Source of the DNA: a virus
Lineage: Duplodnaviria > Caudoviricetes
DNA: 64,000 nucleotides
Direction: 5' to 3' (one strand)
IMG/VR virus record: IMGVR_UViG_3300033066_000802
Location: 90,612 to 154,611 of that record
The position numbers were made by a program, and so were the translations under genes. The notes beneath the pieces are model-generated. The model worked only from the letters and a program-made list of their open reading frames with translations. It ran no database searches and was not told where the DNA came from. The stretch's first letter is position 1; each line of letters starts with the position of its first letter. This document shows positions 1 through 9,961 of the stretch, piece by piece.

Positions 1-228
1 CATTGAAACTATATTACCAGGTGGTATATCAAAAGTTATACCATTTACCGTAATGTTTATTGAATCTTCGCTATTACCCGAACCCATAAAACTATGTAAT
101 ACTATAGTATAATTAGGGTTTTGAGTCGAACCACTTGCATGAGTATCAAAAAAACTATTATTTGTATCTGTATCACCATTGGTTAATGTTTGACCAGCGG
201 TAAGTAATTGCATGAAATTCTCTCTCAT
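1..228 (-). CDS. hypothetical protein, runs off the window start (partial)
   Basis: ATG at 228 (minus), open to position 1: MRENFMQLLTAGQTLTNGDTD...; directly downstream of 235..1038. Confidence 0.7.
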   Translation of the reverse strand, partial: MRENFMQLLTAGQTLTNGDTDTNNSFFDTHASGSTQNPNYTIVLHSFMGSGNSEDSINITVNGITFDIPPGNIVSM

Positions 229-234
229 TATATA

Positions 235-1038
235 TTAAAAGTTTATACCTTCTCTTTTATCTTTATCGTCATCAATATTGAAACTTTTTTTAATTTCATT
301 TGGGTCATAATTCGACATTAGATTATCCATCATTGATAACTTATTAGGTTTCTTTTCCATTGCTGTTTGATTCTTATAACCAACACCTTCTAAATAATCA
401 CTATCAGTTACACTGTAAGGGTATGATTTATCGGCTAAAGCCCTTCTTCTTTCAGCTTCGGTTGGTGGACGCATTAACTCAATTTGTTTTTCAATTTGAC
501 CCATCTGGTTTATAATTGAATCCATTTTCATTAATTTAGTATCAACATCACCCAATCTATCATAAACCATTTGAAGCCTATTTAAAGCCCTTTCTGTCTG
601 TTTTAATACGTTTTGTGTATCTTGTACCAAAGAAGTTACATCGATCTCCACATCACCACCAGGATTACCACCCATTGCATTAGGATCACCTATCTGGTCT
701 ACAGGTGCCGCATCAGTACCCATTGCTGGGTCAACTGGAGCAGCCGCTGCATTAGGATCAGCTGGTTGAGCCTGGTCTTGCGCACCAATAACTTCACCTG
801 GCTGTGCTGTTGCTATTTGATTAGCAACATCGTCAGTACCACCCATTGCTGGATCTGTTGTTACATCACCTGGTTGATTTTGTGGCGGCATACCAGAATC
901 ATCAACTGGAGCCTCATCCTCAGCCTCATTATAAAAGCTATAAACCGTTTCATTAATAGTATTATCATTATATGACATAATACTTCTATATCGGTTTATT
1001 TCATTCTCCAATAAAGTATTCGACCTTTTATTGCTCAT
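235..1038 (-). CDS. acidic low-complexity protein, possible head/scaffold-associated protein
   Basis: 267 aa; D/P/A/Q-rich middle with DPAMG/DPNA repeats followed by a coiled coil; N-terminal LLENEINRYRSIM motif. Confidence 0.5.
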   Translation of the reverse strand: MSNKRSNTLLENEINRYRSIMSYNDNTINETVYSFYNEAEDEAPVDDSGMPPQNQPGDVTTDPAMGGTDDVANQIATAQPGEVIGAQDQAQPADPNAAAAPVDPAMGTDAAPVDQIGDPNAMGGNPGGDVEIDVTSLVQDTQNVLKQTERALNRLQMVYDRLGDVDTKLMKMDSIINQMGQIEKQIELMRPPTEAERRRALADKSYPYSVTDSDYLEGVGYKNQTAMEKKPNKLSMMDNLMSNYDPNEIKKSFNIDDDKDKREGINF

Positions 1039-1079
1039 ATGTTATAAAATTTAAATATATGTTAAACATATATATTTAA

Positions 1080-1286
1080 TTATCTTAAGTAGTTTCTCGT
1101 GCTATTACTTACAGGTAATTCTTCCCTTAAAAGTTCACGACCATCTTCAACCACTAATTTCTTCTCAATCATCGTCTTTTCAATCAAACCATCCTTTGTT
1201 TTGATGAAACATTTACCAGTGTTTGGGTCACAAACTTCCTGACCTATACCGATAAAGTTATTTAAATTTGCGTTTAAATCGTTCAT
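1080..1286 (-). CDS. small hypothetical protein (CDPNTGKC motif)
   Basis: 68 aa ORF in operon orientation, preceded by AACTATTTAT. Confidence 0.7.
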   Translation of the reverse strand: MNDLNANLNNFIGIGQEVCDPNTGKCFIKTKDGLIEKTMIEKKLVVEDGRELLREELPVSNSTRNYLR

Positions 1287-1328
1287 AATATGTATTATTT
1301 AATATAAATAGTTTTATTTTTTGTAAAG

Positions 1329-4300
1329 TTAAGCTAAAGTATTCACATAATTCTTAAAAGCTGTAACATCTATAACCTTCCTCCCATTAATTAATCTTTT
1401 ACTATTTTTAGCGATAACCTCATTATTTTCAGCTATCTTGAATGCACTCTTACTATCATTTATCGGTGCTGTCAACGAACCTAAAATATAATCATCTGGT
1501 TTACCAATTAATACTGGATAAAACACAGCGGAATATATATCATATATGGTTTTTCGTTCATTATTTTTTAAAGTCGATTTCAAATATTTCTCTACATATT
1601 CTAATTGTTTGATTGGTGTCATCTCATATAAATCCTTTGTTGTTGTACCTAATTTTATTGCAGTACTTTCTAAAAACTGTATATAACCTGTGGCGGTACT
1701 TGCTCGATTTGTTGTATATGGTATATCTTTACCACCATCACCATATTGCGCTTTAGACCTAATACCACTTTCTGCATATATAACACGAACAAGATCTAAT
1801 TCATCAACGCCAAGATTAGTAGATATTTGTTTCATTTTATCACCAAAACCAATATTCGTTTCTTTAACAATATTATATCTATCCAAAACCCTTTGTTTAA
1901 TTGGTGTTTTAGTTGTTATTAATTCTGTTGGCGTATAACCACCTAATAAAGACTCATTTGATTGTATATCAATACCATAATCATCTGGAGTTACGCTGGA
2001 ATCATTAACATAACCAAAGAAAGATATACCCAAAATTTTGTCAAAACAACCCAAGTATATATTATTAATATTCTTACTATTAACATTCAACCCTGGCACA
2101 GCAAATGTATTTAAATATTGATACTCTTTAATATTATTATAATTATTAACATTTACGTTGTATATATTATCCTCAGCTTTAGGGTCTGTTGCTATATATT
2201 TCATATATATGATATCATAAGCCCTCCAGAAATTTGAAAAATCACTTGTTTGTGTGTCAGTAAAATTAATTTTTGGTGCCGTATTTGTCTTTGTATTAAA
2301 TACACCGTCACCACCTGTATTATATTTACCATTTATATCCGTAATAATTAATTTTTGAGTAACCAACGAAGTTGGTTTTAAAACATTAATAACATCATCA
2401 ATCGATTTCGCCTCTGTTAAAGCTGTTAATGTTTTCCATATTGGTTTTTCTGGGTTAACTGGATATTCATTATATAATTCACTTAAAGAGTGTTCTTTAT
2501 TCGTGTCAAAATATAGTTCATTTTCAAATGATAATGAATTAGCTCTCAAATTCAATGCCATATCAACCATATACGTTATAATAATATTTGGCTTAACAGG
2601 TTTATTTCCGTATTCCAAATAAGCGAAGCGCTTTGCACGATTATATAAAACCATTAACACCATTTTATAAATCTCAGTATTAGCTGGAAAATACTTACTT
2701 AAGAATGAATATAGTATTTGATTACCCTGAAATTCACCCATAGTATATGATTTTTGACTCATTTGATAAAATGTACCATAAGGGTTACTTACAGTGTTTC
2801 TTCTATTTTGTTTAATAGTTCCAACAGTATAATCATTATCAGTATCCGATGCCTTGGTTGTTGTTATTTTTGCTATAGTATCAGCTATCTGCCTAATAAT
2901 ATCAGATTTATTAGTTGTTTTATTAGCTATTGGTTGTCTGGTACCTTTAAATGTGGTTACCATATTATTTGGTGTAACATTATGTTCAACATTAGTTATC
3001 CAATAACTACCATCAAATAATGGAACATCTTTCAAATAGAAATATGTTAATGGTTGTATCATAGCGTTACCCATTGATTGTACTTGGCAAGTATATGATC
3101 TGGTTTCCATTAATGAATATAAATTACCCGAAGCCACAGTCTGTATACCCTTCGCATCTTTATTAACGAGATTAATAAAAGCATTAATTGATTCCTCTGT
3201 ATTAGCGAATTGACTCGTATCCAATTTAACATTACTAAACATGCTTTGATTTTTGTTACCAAAATCCACAACAAATGAAGTTACATTACCATTTTTAACA
3301 TCACTTGGAATTGTGTGTACTTCAGTCAAACCAAAAGGTTGTCTGGTTGTATCAATATCTAACGGGAATGAGTTCATTAAACTAAGATTTGATGAACCAT
3401 TCAGCTTTTTTTCAAAAGATGATGTGTGATTTATCCACTGTAAAATAAATGATGGGTTTGAGTCAACTCTTTCAGTATTAGAATGCACACCAAATAAATT
3501 ATCAGCGTATTTATCTATATTATTATTAACGTCAGAAAAAGGTGATAAATAGTCAACATAACTGTTCATCGGATGTAATAAAAAGTCATTCTTAGTAGCT
3601 ATATCACTAAATAAACTATATACCGACTTATTAGTAATTTCACTATTAACAACATTGTTATTATGATTATCAATACTATTAAATTTAAGTTCCAAACTAT
3701 CACCTAAACTAAGCACATCAATTAATATATCACCACCGATATCTCTATTACCTCTATCAACAATGTTAACATATTCTATCAAATGTTTAGGCATTTTACT
3801 ATCAAAAATACTCGTAACGGAATCACCAACGTTTTGAGGGTCATTTATATCACCATCTTTAAATAAAAAGTTATAAAATAACGACCCATTATTGACGTCC
3901 AATTCTGAATTAACATTTACATCAATATAATCCTGTGGATATGTATGAATTGTTTTAGGTTGATATGATATATATTTATCATATAAGTTTTTTATATTAT
4001 AATATGTTTTACCTTTTAATTCATCAACAGAATCCTTTATATGTAATTTACTTATAAGTGAATTAGGATCTTTAGGATCAAGTTTTGTTAAACCCTCTAA
4101 TCTAACTTTTATAGCGTCAAGGTGGTTATTAACACCCATTATATTTTGATCGTAAAAATCCCCAACAAATTTCACTAAATATTCAGATATTTGTTTATCC
4201 AACTCTTTATTTGATAACACATTAAGATTAAATAAATATTTAATAACAGCACCTAATTGATCGTTGTTTTGTATCTCAAAATCAATAGCTTTTACTATTG

Positions 4301-6977
4301 ACTGTAATTCTGTTGGCGCTTTTGATTTGTTATTATTTAACAAATATCTCATTAAATCAGTTATAAGGTTATATAATAATATAACATTATTTTCGGTAAC
4401 TTCAATATTTAAGAAAAAGAATAAATTAACGATCAATCTTGAATATGAATATGTTATATCGGGATCATCTCCATCATAAAAATACTTAATAATTAATGGT
4501 TTATCAGCATTAACTGATTGTGTTTTATAGGATGATATTAACTTGTCACCGAAAATTAATTTTCGTGTATAATATTTTAAATATTTAGCCTCAACCAACT
4601 TACCTTTAATATCTGGTACAAACATAACATCTGGTCTAAATATGAAATTATCATAATATAATTGTTTGGTATTATCACCAGGAACAGCTATTGACCCAAC
4701 AGTACTATAATTGTTTATTGGTAATTTCTGAGAAGCAAAATCTTTAAATACTTTACCATGTCTATTATATTGCGCTTGAGTTAGAATAGCATTAATTTTG
4801 GCACTAATACCGTATTGATCACAGAAATAATAATTATAACTTGAATAACCGAGTAATAAATACATGGAATCCTCAACCGTTATAGGTGAATCAAGAGTTA
4901 TTGGTGTTATGTCTGGATCACTTATAGTACCAATACCTTTCATTAAGGTTTCAAATGTGTGATTATCATTATGTGTAATACCATAACATTGTGCTGAAGT
5001 TGCAAATTCCAGAAAAACATTCTCAAATGCGTTAAATTTTTCAATATCAATGATACTATACAAATCATATAACCTTAATCTATTTTGGTCTTCCCATATT
5101 GTTAAATCGGTATAACCAGAACTCTTTCTGTAAGGTTCTGTGAAATAATTATTCTTATCAAAATTTGTTGATAGTGTTGAAATTAAAGAATCGTTTGTTT
5201 TTTCGTTATGATTATTTTTATTAATATTATCTAATGTTGCAAACTGTAATCCACCATGCGCCGTATCATACCAAAATAACCTTGTAGCATTCTCAATAAC
5301 AGATCTGTTATCAAATGAAAGTTTATACTTATCATCACTATATAAATAAACCCTATCAGTTATATGTGTTGTTAAACCTTCAGGTTTGTTCAGAATCCCA
5401 CGAGTATTTGATCTACCTCTAAAATCTATTTCTTTCGGAGTATAATTTAAAGGTAAATATTCGTTAATTTGTTTATTTCTCCTTAACGGTGTTACACTTG
5501 AAGCAAATTCCTTTTTATTAAAAATATTCCTATCCAATAAAACAGAATCTTTCGGTATTATATTGTTTGGGTAAAATACACCCCCAGCTGATGGGTATAA
5601 TAACACCATAAATGGATCTTGTGTACTCGAAAATTCACTTTCATTGTGATATTTTTTTTCAATATCCCAGAACTTTAAAATAAATTTAATTAAATAATCT
5701 ATCTCTGACGATTCGGTTATACCATTAAAAAAATTATGATTTAAAACATCTAAAAACAACTTATTCACCTCATCAAATATTACATTAATTTGACTCAACA
5801 CCCCAGCGCCAGGTAAACTCAAAGTACTGATATTCTCAACCCTATTAAAAAAATTAGCAAATACAAGATAGGTAAAATAACTTATCTTAAATGATTTGGT
5901 GTCATTCACCTTAACCTTAGCAGTAAAATTAAATTTACCGTTAAATTTCTGATTAATTGTAGTTATTGTTGTTTTAATACCATTTTCACTAAATCTACCA
6001 TATAGATAACCAGTTTTTAACTTACTATAAGCCAAAAACATATTATATAGATCATTTTCACTAAGACCATCAAAGACATTAGAAGAAACGAAATTGTTTA
6101 TTTCGTCCAAAGTTAATTTAGTAAACCCATACTTATTTTTAAGTATTGTATAATGACCCATGAAGTTAATACCACCACCATATGTCTTAAATGATTTTAC
6201 AAATCCGTTTTTAGCACCATATATATGAAAAACCTCAGTTGTGTCATCAATTCTAACTTGATTTTTAACAGCTTGGTTATCCACCATAAAGTTATGGTAA
6301 TCATTCATATATTTCGAATAAGTACCGTAACCGAATTTCGGTATAAAATTACCAACATTAACTGAGGACTCCCTATATATCTTATCGGTAATTATAGGTA
6401 CCGATTGTAATAATATATTACCAGTTTTAGTACTTTCAGCCCCATATATTGGTGCCAAAGTACCGTTAATTTTTAAATCAAATGATTCACTACCATCTAA
6501 TTCATTAGGATAGTTGTACCAATCACCAATTAATCTGTTGTTTTCTGAATTTTTATGAAAATGATGTAACCCACCCAAATATAAAATAAGTGAATATGGT
6601 AAATCTGATATACCAACACCCGACTTAAATAAAACCGCTAACCTATCCTTATCAATTGTGGAAGTATTAATATCCTTAACATATAGGGATGAAAGTAAAT
6701 AAAACGCCGATTCTTTAAAATTACCAAGATCACCTGTAGTTGTACTATTAATACCAACAGATAAACCCTTAGAAAAATTAATATTATTTATCGGGGTTAC
6801 AATACTCGTTTTTTTAACTTCCGAATTTTTTTCTGGTTTACCATCTTGTTGTATAAACGAATATAATGATTTCTGATATGTATCAAAAGCCGAATAATCC
6901 ACTTTATCAAGTGAATTAAATATGTCATTATTTTTCACATATTCATTTAATATGTTACTAAGGTTTTTATCAGCCAT
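1329..6977 (-). CDS. giant baseplate hub/tail protein with C-terminal lytic transglycosylase (SLT-like) domain
   Basis: 1882 aa; hub-like segment RSYTCQVQSMGNAMIQP...GSYWITNVEHNVTPNNMVTTFKG (gp27/gpD-like); C-terminal VIYAESG...ATGYIQFLESTA (catalytic Glu and GxxQ motif). Confidence 0.75.
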   Translation of the reverse strand: MADKNLSNILNEYVKNNDIFNSLDKVDYSAFDTYQKSLYSFIQQDGKPEKNSEVKKTSIVTPINNINFSKGLSVGINSTTTGDLGNFKESAFYLLSSLYVKDINTSTIDKDRLAVLFKSGVGISDLPYSLILYLGGLHHFHKNSENNRLIGDWYNYPNELDGSESFDLKINGTLAPIYGAESTKTGNILLQSVPIITDKIYRESSVNVGNFIPKFGYGTYSKYMNDYHNFMVDNQAVKNQVRIDDTTEVFHIYGAKNGFVKSFKTYGGGINFMGHYTILKNKYGFTKLTLDEINNFVSSNVFDGLSENDLYNMFLAYSKLKTGYLYGRFSENGIKTTITTINQKFNGKFNFTAKVKVNDTKSFKISYFTYLVFANFFNRVENISTLSLPGAGVLSQINVIFDEVNKLFLDVLNHNFFNGITESSEIDYLIKFILKFWDIEKKYHNESEFSSTQDPFMVLLYPSAGGVFYPNNIIPKDSVLLDRNIFNKKEFASSVTPLRRNKQINEYLPLNYTPKEIDFRGRSNTRGILNKPEGLTTHITDRVYLYSDDKYKLSFDNRSVIENATRLFWYDTAHGGLQFATLDNINKNNHNEKTNDSLISTLSTNFDKNNYFTEPYRKSSGYTDLTIWEDQNRLRLYDLYSIIDIEKFNAFENVFLEFATSAQCYGITHNDNHTFETLMKGIGTISDPDITPITLDSPITVEDSMYLLLGYSSYNYYFCDQYGISAKINAILTQAQYNRHGKVFKDFASQKLPINNYSTVGSIAVPGDNTKQLYYDNFIFRPDVMFVPDIKGKLVEAKYLKYYTRKLIFGDKLISSYKTQSVNADKPLIIKYFYDGDDPDITYSYSRLIVNLFFFLNIEVTENNVILLYNLITDLMRYLLNNNKSKAPTELQSIVKAIDFEIQNNDQLGAVIKYLFNLNVLSNKELDKQISEYLVKFVGDFYDQNIMGVNNHLDAIKVRLEGLTKLDPKDPNSLISKLHIKDSVDELKGKTYYNIKNLYDKYISYQPKTIHTYPQDYIDVNVNSELDVNNGSLFYNFLFKDGDINDPQNVGDSVTSIFDSKMPKHLIEYVNIVDRGNRDIGGDILIDVLSLGDSLELKFNSIDNHNNNVVNSEITNKSVYSLFSDIATKNDFLLHPMNSYVDYLSPFSDVNNNIDKYADNLFGVHSNTERVDSNPSFILQWINHTSSFEKKLNGSSNLSLMNSFPLDIDTTRQPFGLTEVHTIPSDVKNGNVTSFVVDFGNKNQSMFSNVKLDTSQFANTEESINAFINLVNKDAKGIQTVASGNLYSLMETRSYTCQVQSMGNAMIQPLTYFYLKDVPLFDGSYWITNVEHNVTPNNMVTTFKGTRQPIANKTTNKSDIIRQIADTIAKITTTKASDTDNDYTVGTIKQNRRNTVSNPYGTFYQMSQKSYTMGEFQGNQILYSFLSKYFPANTEIYKMVLMVLYNRAKRFAYLEYGNKPVKPNIIITYMVDMALNLRANSLSFENELYFDTNKEHSLSELYNEYPVNPEKPIWKTLTALTEAKSIDDVINVLKPTSLVTQKLIITDINGKYNTGGDGVFNTKTNTAPKINFTDTQTSDFSNFWRAYDIIYMKYIATDPKAEDNIYNVNVNNYNNIKEYQYLNTFAVPGLNVNSKNINNIYLGCFDKILGISFFGYVNDSSVTPDDYGIDIQSNESLLGGYTPTELITTKTPIKQRVLDRYNIVKETNIGFGDKMKQISTNLGVDELDLVRVIYAESGIRSKAQYGDGGKDIPYTTNRASTATGYIQFLESTAIKLGTTTKDLYEMTPIKQLEYVEKYLKSTLKNNERKTIYDIYSAVFYPVLIGKPDDYILGSLTAPINDSKSAFKIAENNEVIAKNSKRLINGRKVIDVTAFKNYVNTLA

Positions 6978-6979
6978 TA

Positions 6980-9601
6980 TTAAAAATTATATATATCTTT
7001 GTAGTTAAAATTGTTCTGTTCGCTATTAGTTGTACTATTAAATCCTATAAGTTTATTTAATAAATCTGGATCATCAATAGTATATGTAAGAGTTGGTAAT
7101 AATCTCTCGTAATTCTTCAGTAATCTATCTACTTTATAATTATTAACATTAAAGTTTTTATTTTGATTACGTATAATTTTATTATTTGCTGTACCAAAAA
7201 TATAACCAGATTTATCAATTTCACTATTATTTACATATTTAACAGTATCTAATGCATTAAAATTATTTTGAATATCTGAAGGTACGAAATAATTCTTTTG
7301 TTTGTCAAATGTTCTTAGGTTAAATATTGGTGATACCGTATTGTCATTATATGTTAACTGTGAATTTTCAGGATTTAATAACCCTAATAGCTTACTATTT
7401 AAAGCATATTTACTAAAGAATTTTTTTCTATTATTTATAGCACCTTTAAGTGCGGTTTCCGTATAATTATTTTGCAATATTACCGCTGACTCACCATCAA
7501 TAACTTTTAATAACCCAGATACATCAACCGTAGTACCATTTTCAATATCTTTTTTAATATCATTATAATGATCAGACAAGGAACCTTTAATTAAATTCTT
7601 TAATTCGATTGCTGTTTTATATTTTAATTCATCCGTTAATTTTGAAAATATTGTTGTATTAAATATGTCAAATTCAAAATTACCGTTAGCTTTCATTATT
7701 TCATTAAAATCATGACCAGCAAACCATTTGAATATATTTCCAGAATATATGTAATTCAATTGAAATGTTCGTATCATATTACCCATAAAGTCAAGGTGAT
7801 CTTGAGTATCTTTATTATAATATTCTATATTATTACCAACATAAAAATTGGTTGATAGCGCCGCTGGAATATCACCATGCTTCGGTTTATCTTCAGGTGG
7901 CGTTAGTCTTGTTTTTAAATAACTTACAGCATTATAAATCTCATCAACAAACCTAACCTCAGCCCAAGAGTCATTTTGTTTAAAACCACCAGGGTATGAT
8001 TTTTGAAATAGGTTATTATCTGATGTAGTATCTGGTTCTTTGTAAAAGAAGTTCGGGTATGGGGAATATTTCTCAACACCGTTACTTTTTATGTATTCAC
8101 CATCCTTACGCTGGTTACTTAATCTATAATTTACATCATTATTTATCTCATATAACGCCTTTTTACCTGAAATATTTAATAATATTAAAAATGTTTGTAT
8201 ATTATTAAATAATATTCTAAACACATTATACGTGTTAGGTTGAAAACCCAATTTATTACCTAAAATCGTTAATTCCGTATCAACAACATTAGCATTTAAT
8301 TCACTTTTTTCCTTATTAATTTGATCTATCAATTTTTGAAATGTATCAGCAAAACTTTGTATGTTTTTATAAAAAAAATCAATTGTTTTAGTTGATCCAA
8401 GGAAAGATTGAACGTTACTTTTATTAGGTAACACATTTTTTATGTTTGATTGAACTCGTGCATCTGATATACCACTAATCGCCTGGTCAATCTCATATAA
8501 ACTATTATATAGTGTTGTATAATCCTTAGCCCCACTATTACTATTATTCTGTATAATAATATCGTAATTAATATTTAATAATATTTTTGTGGCATCAAGA
8601 CTTAATATGGTTTCATTATTTTTTACAACAGAATCATCACTTAATAACGTATCCGCATTTAATTTATTTTTAATTAGGTGTAAATCTAATATTGTTGGGT
8701 TATCATTTATTATATATTTACTACGTTGTGTTAAATCGGTAAATTTTTTTGTGAAATAATCATTCTGAGCAGCATATAGTTTTTTAAGTATTTCCATACC
8801 AAGGTATGAACCATCTTTCTTCTGAAACATATATGGTGCTACATAAGCATAAATTAATAAAAAAGAATTATATATTGAGAATGTTCTTGACACAAACTCA
8901 GCTGATATCTTATAATTACCCGTTTCAGGGTCAAATCGTGTATTCGATTTAAGTAAAATTAATGGATAATCAACTGTCTTACCATAAAACCCTTTTAAAC
9001 TTAAAATGAATGTTGGGTATGGGAAGGTATAAAATAGATTATATGGATTATTGGGGTCGTGACCTCTTTCAAAAAGTGTTTTACCCCTAACATCCGTAAA
9101 TTCAATTTTTATCATTGAATTCATTGATGGGTTCTGAGATATATTAATTGAATCGATACCAAAGGTTTCTGGGTCAACCATAGAATCTCCGCTATTATAA
9201 TTTGTTGTACCGTCATCAATAAATTGGAATGATTTAGCTGTAAAATAATCAGTATAATCTGTTGTTAATTTACCTTTATTAGTATTTACACCCTCAACAA
9301 TTGATTTAATTGGGTTCATCATATTAACCCTAATACCACCAACATTTATAACATTATCGTTTTTATCCGATGAATCCTTAAAAATAGCAGTTGATGGTTG
9401 TTTATAAACCTTAAGATTGGCATACATAACCATATCTTCTTGATTTACATACCTATCAGTAATAATATTCGTGGCGGGATCTCTTACCTTATTTGGGTTG
9501 ATGACGATAACACCTTTGTTTCTATCTGAATCACCTAAACTCGTATTTTGAAATTTCGTTACTAATATATTTTCATTTACAGTTGATAAATTATTCGCCA
9601 T
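6980..9601 (-). CDS. large virion/baseplate hub protein (N-terminal hub-like)
   Basis: 873 aa; FGIDSINI...IKIEFTDVRGKTLFE...FTFPYPTFxLxLKGFYG-type segment; located in baseplate module. Confidence 0.6.
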   Translation of the reverse strand: MANNLSTVNENILVTKFQNTSLGDSDRNKGVIVINPNKVRDPATNIITDRYVNQEDMVMYANLKVYKQPSTAIFKDSSDKNDNVINVGGIRVNMMNPIKSIVEGVNTNKGKLTTDYTDYFTAKSFQFIDDGTTNYNSGDSMVDPETFGIDSINISQNPSMNSMIKIEFTDVRGKTLFERGHDPNNPYNLFYTFPYPTFILSLKGFYGKTVDYPLILLKSNTRFDPETGNYKISAEFVSRTFSIYNSFLLIYAYVAPYMFQKKDGSYLGMEILKKLYAAQNDYFTKKFTDLTQRSKYIINDNPTILDLHLIKNKLNADTLLSDDSVVKNNETILSLDATKILLNINYDIIIQNNSNSGAKDYTTLYNSLYEIDQAISGISDARVQSNIKNVLPNKSNVQSFLGSTKTIDFFYKNIQSFADTFQKLIDQINKEKSELNANVVDTELTILGNKLGFQPNTYNVFRILFNNIQTFLILLNISGKKALYEINNDVNYRLSNQRKDGEYIKSNGVEKYSPYPNFFYKEPDTTSDNNLFQKSYPGGFKQNDSWAEVRFVDEIYNAVSYLKTRLTPPEDKPKHGDIPAALSTNFYVGNNIEYYNKDTQDHLDFMGNMIRTFQLNYIYSGNIFKWFAGHDFNEIMKANGNFEFDIFNTTIFSKLTDELKYKTAIELKNLIKGSLSDHYNDIKKDIENGTTVDVSGLLKVIDGESAVILQNNYTETALKGAINNRKKFFSKYALNSKLLGLLNPENSQLTYNDNTVSPIFNLRTFDKQKNYFVPSDIQNNFNALDTVKYVNNSEIDKSGYIFGTANNKIIRNQNKNFNVNNYKVDRLLKNYERLLPTLTYTIDDPDLLNKLIGFNSTTNSEQNNFNYKDIYNF

Positions 9602-9911
9602 AATAACTTAATATTTTTTTTACCGCCGATTTATAATCAGACATACTTAAATTAAGTGGGAATGGAACCCTCAATGATGCGTTATCTGGTATATTCCACT
9701 CTAAACCACCATATTCAGGATTTGCAGCAAGTATAAGAAACCCAAAATAAGGTGTACCATATTTATCCTGACTTATCTTATCCAACCTTGACCTATTACG
9801 TTTATATACAACAAATTTATCGGTTAATTTCTCAGGTATCTTCACGAAAGGTACCGTAACCGCATTATTGTTTATTGTAAACTGCGCATATCTGTTATAA
9901 TAATCACTCAT
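9591..9911 (-). CDS. baseplate wedge protein, LysM-like/gp53-like
   Basis: 106 aa; RLDKISQDKYGTPYFGFLILAANP...LRVP pattern typical of LysM/tail-X baseplate proteins. Confidence 0.7.
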   Translation of the reverse strand: MSDYYNRYAQFTINNNAVTVPFVKIPEKLTDKFVVYKRNRSRLDKISQDKYGTPYFGFLILAANPEYGGLEWNIPDNASLRVPFPLNLSMSDYKSAVKKILSYYGE

Positions 9912-9961
9912 ATATTCAATTTAATATAAATACAACTTAGTGGAAAATAAATACTTTATCA

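Noticed and set aside
6977-6982. Frameshift or pseudogene split between the 873-aa and 1882-aa baseplate genes
   Set aside because: Clean TAA-ta-ATG junction like other coupled genes here; no slippery site or decay seen
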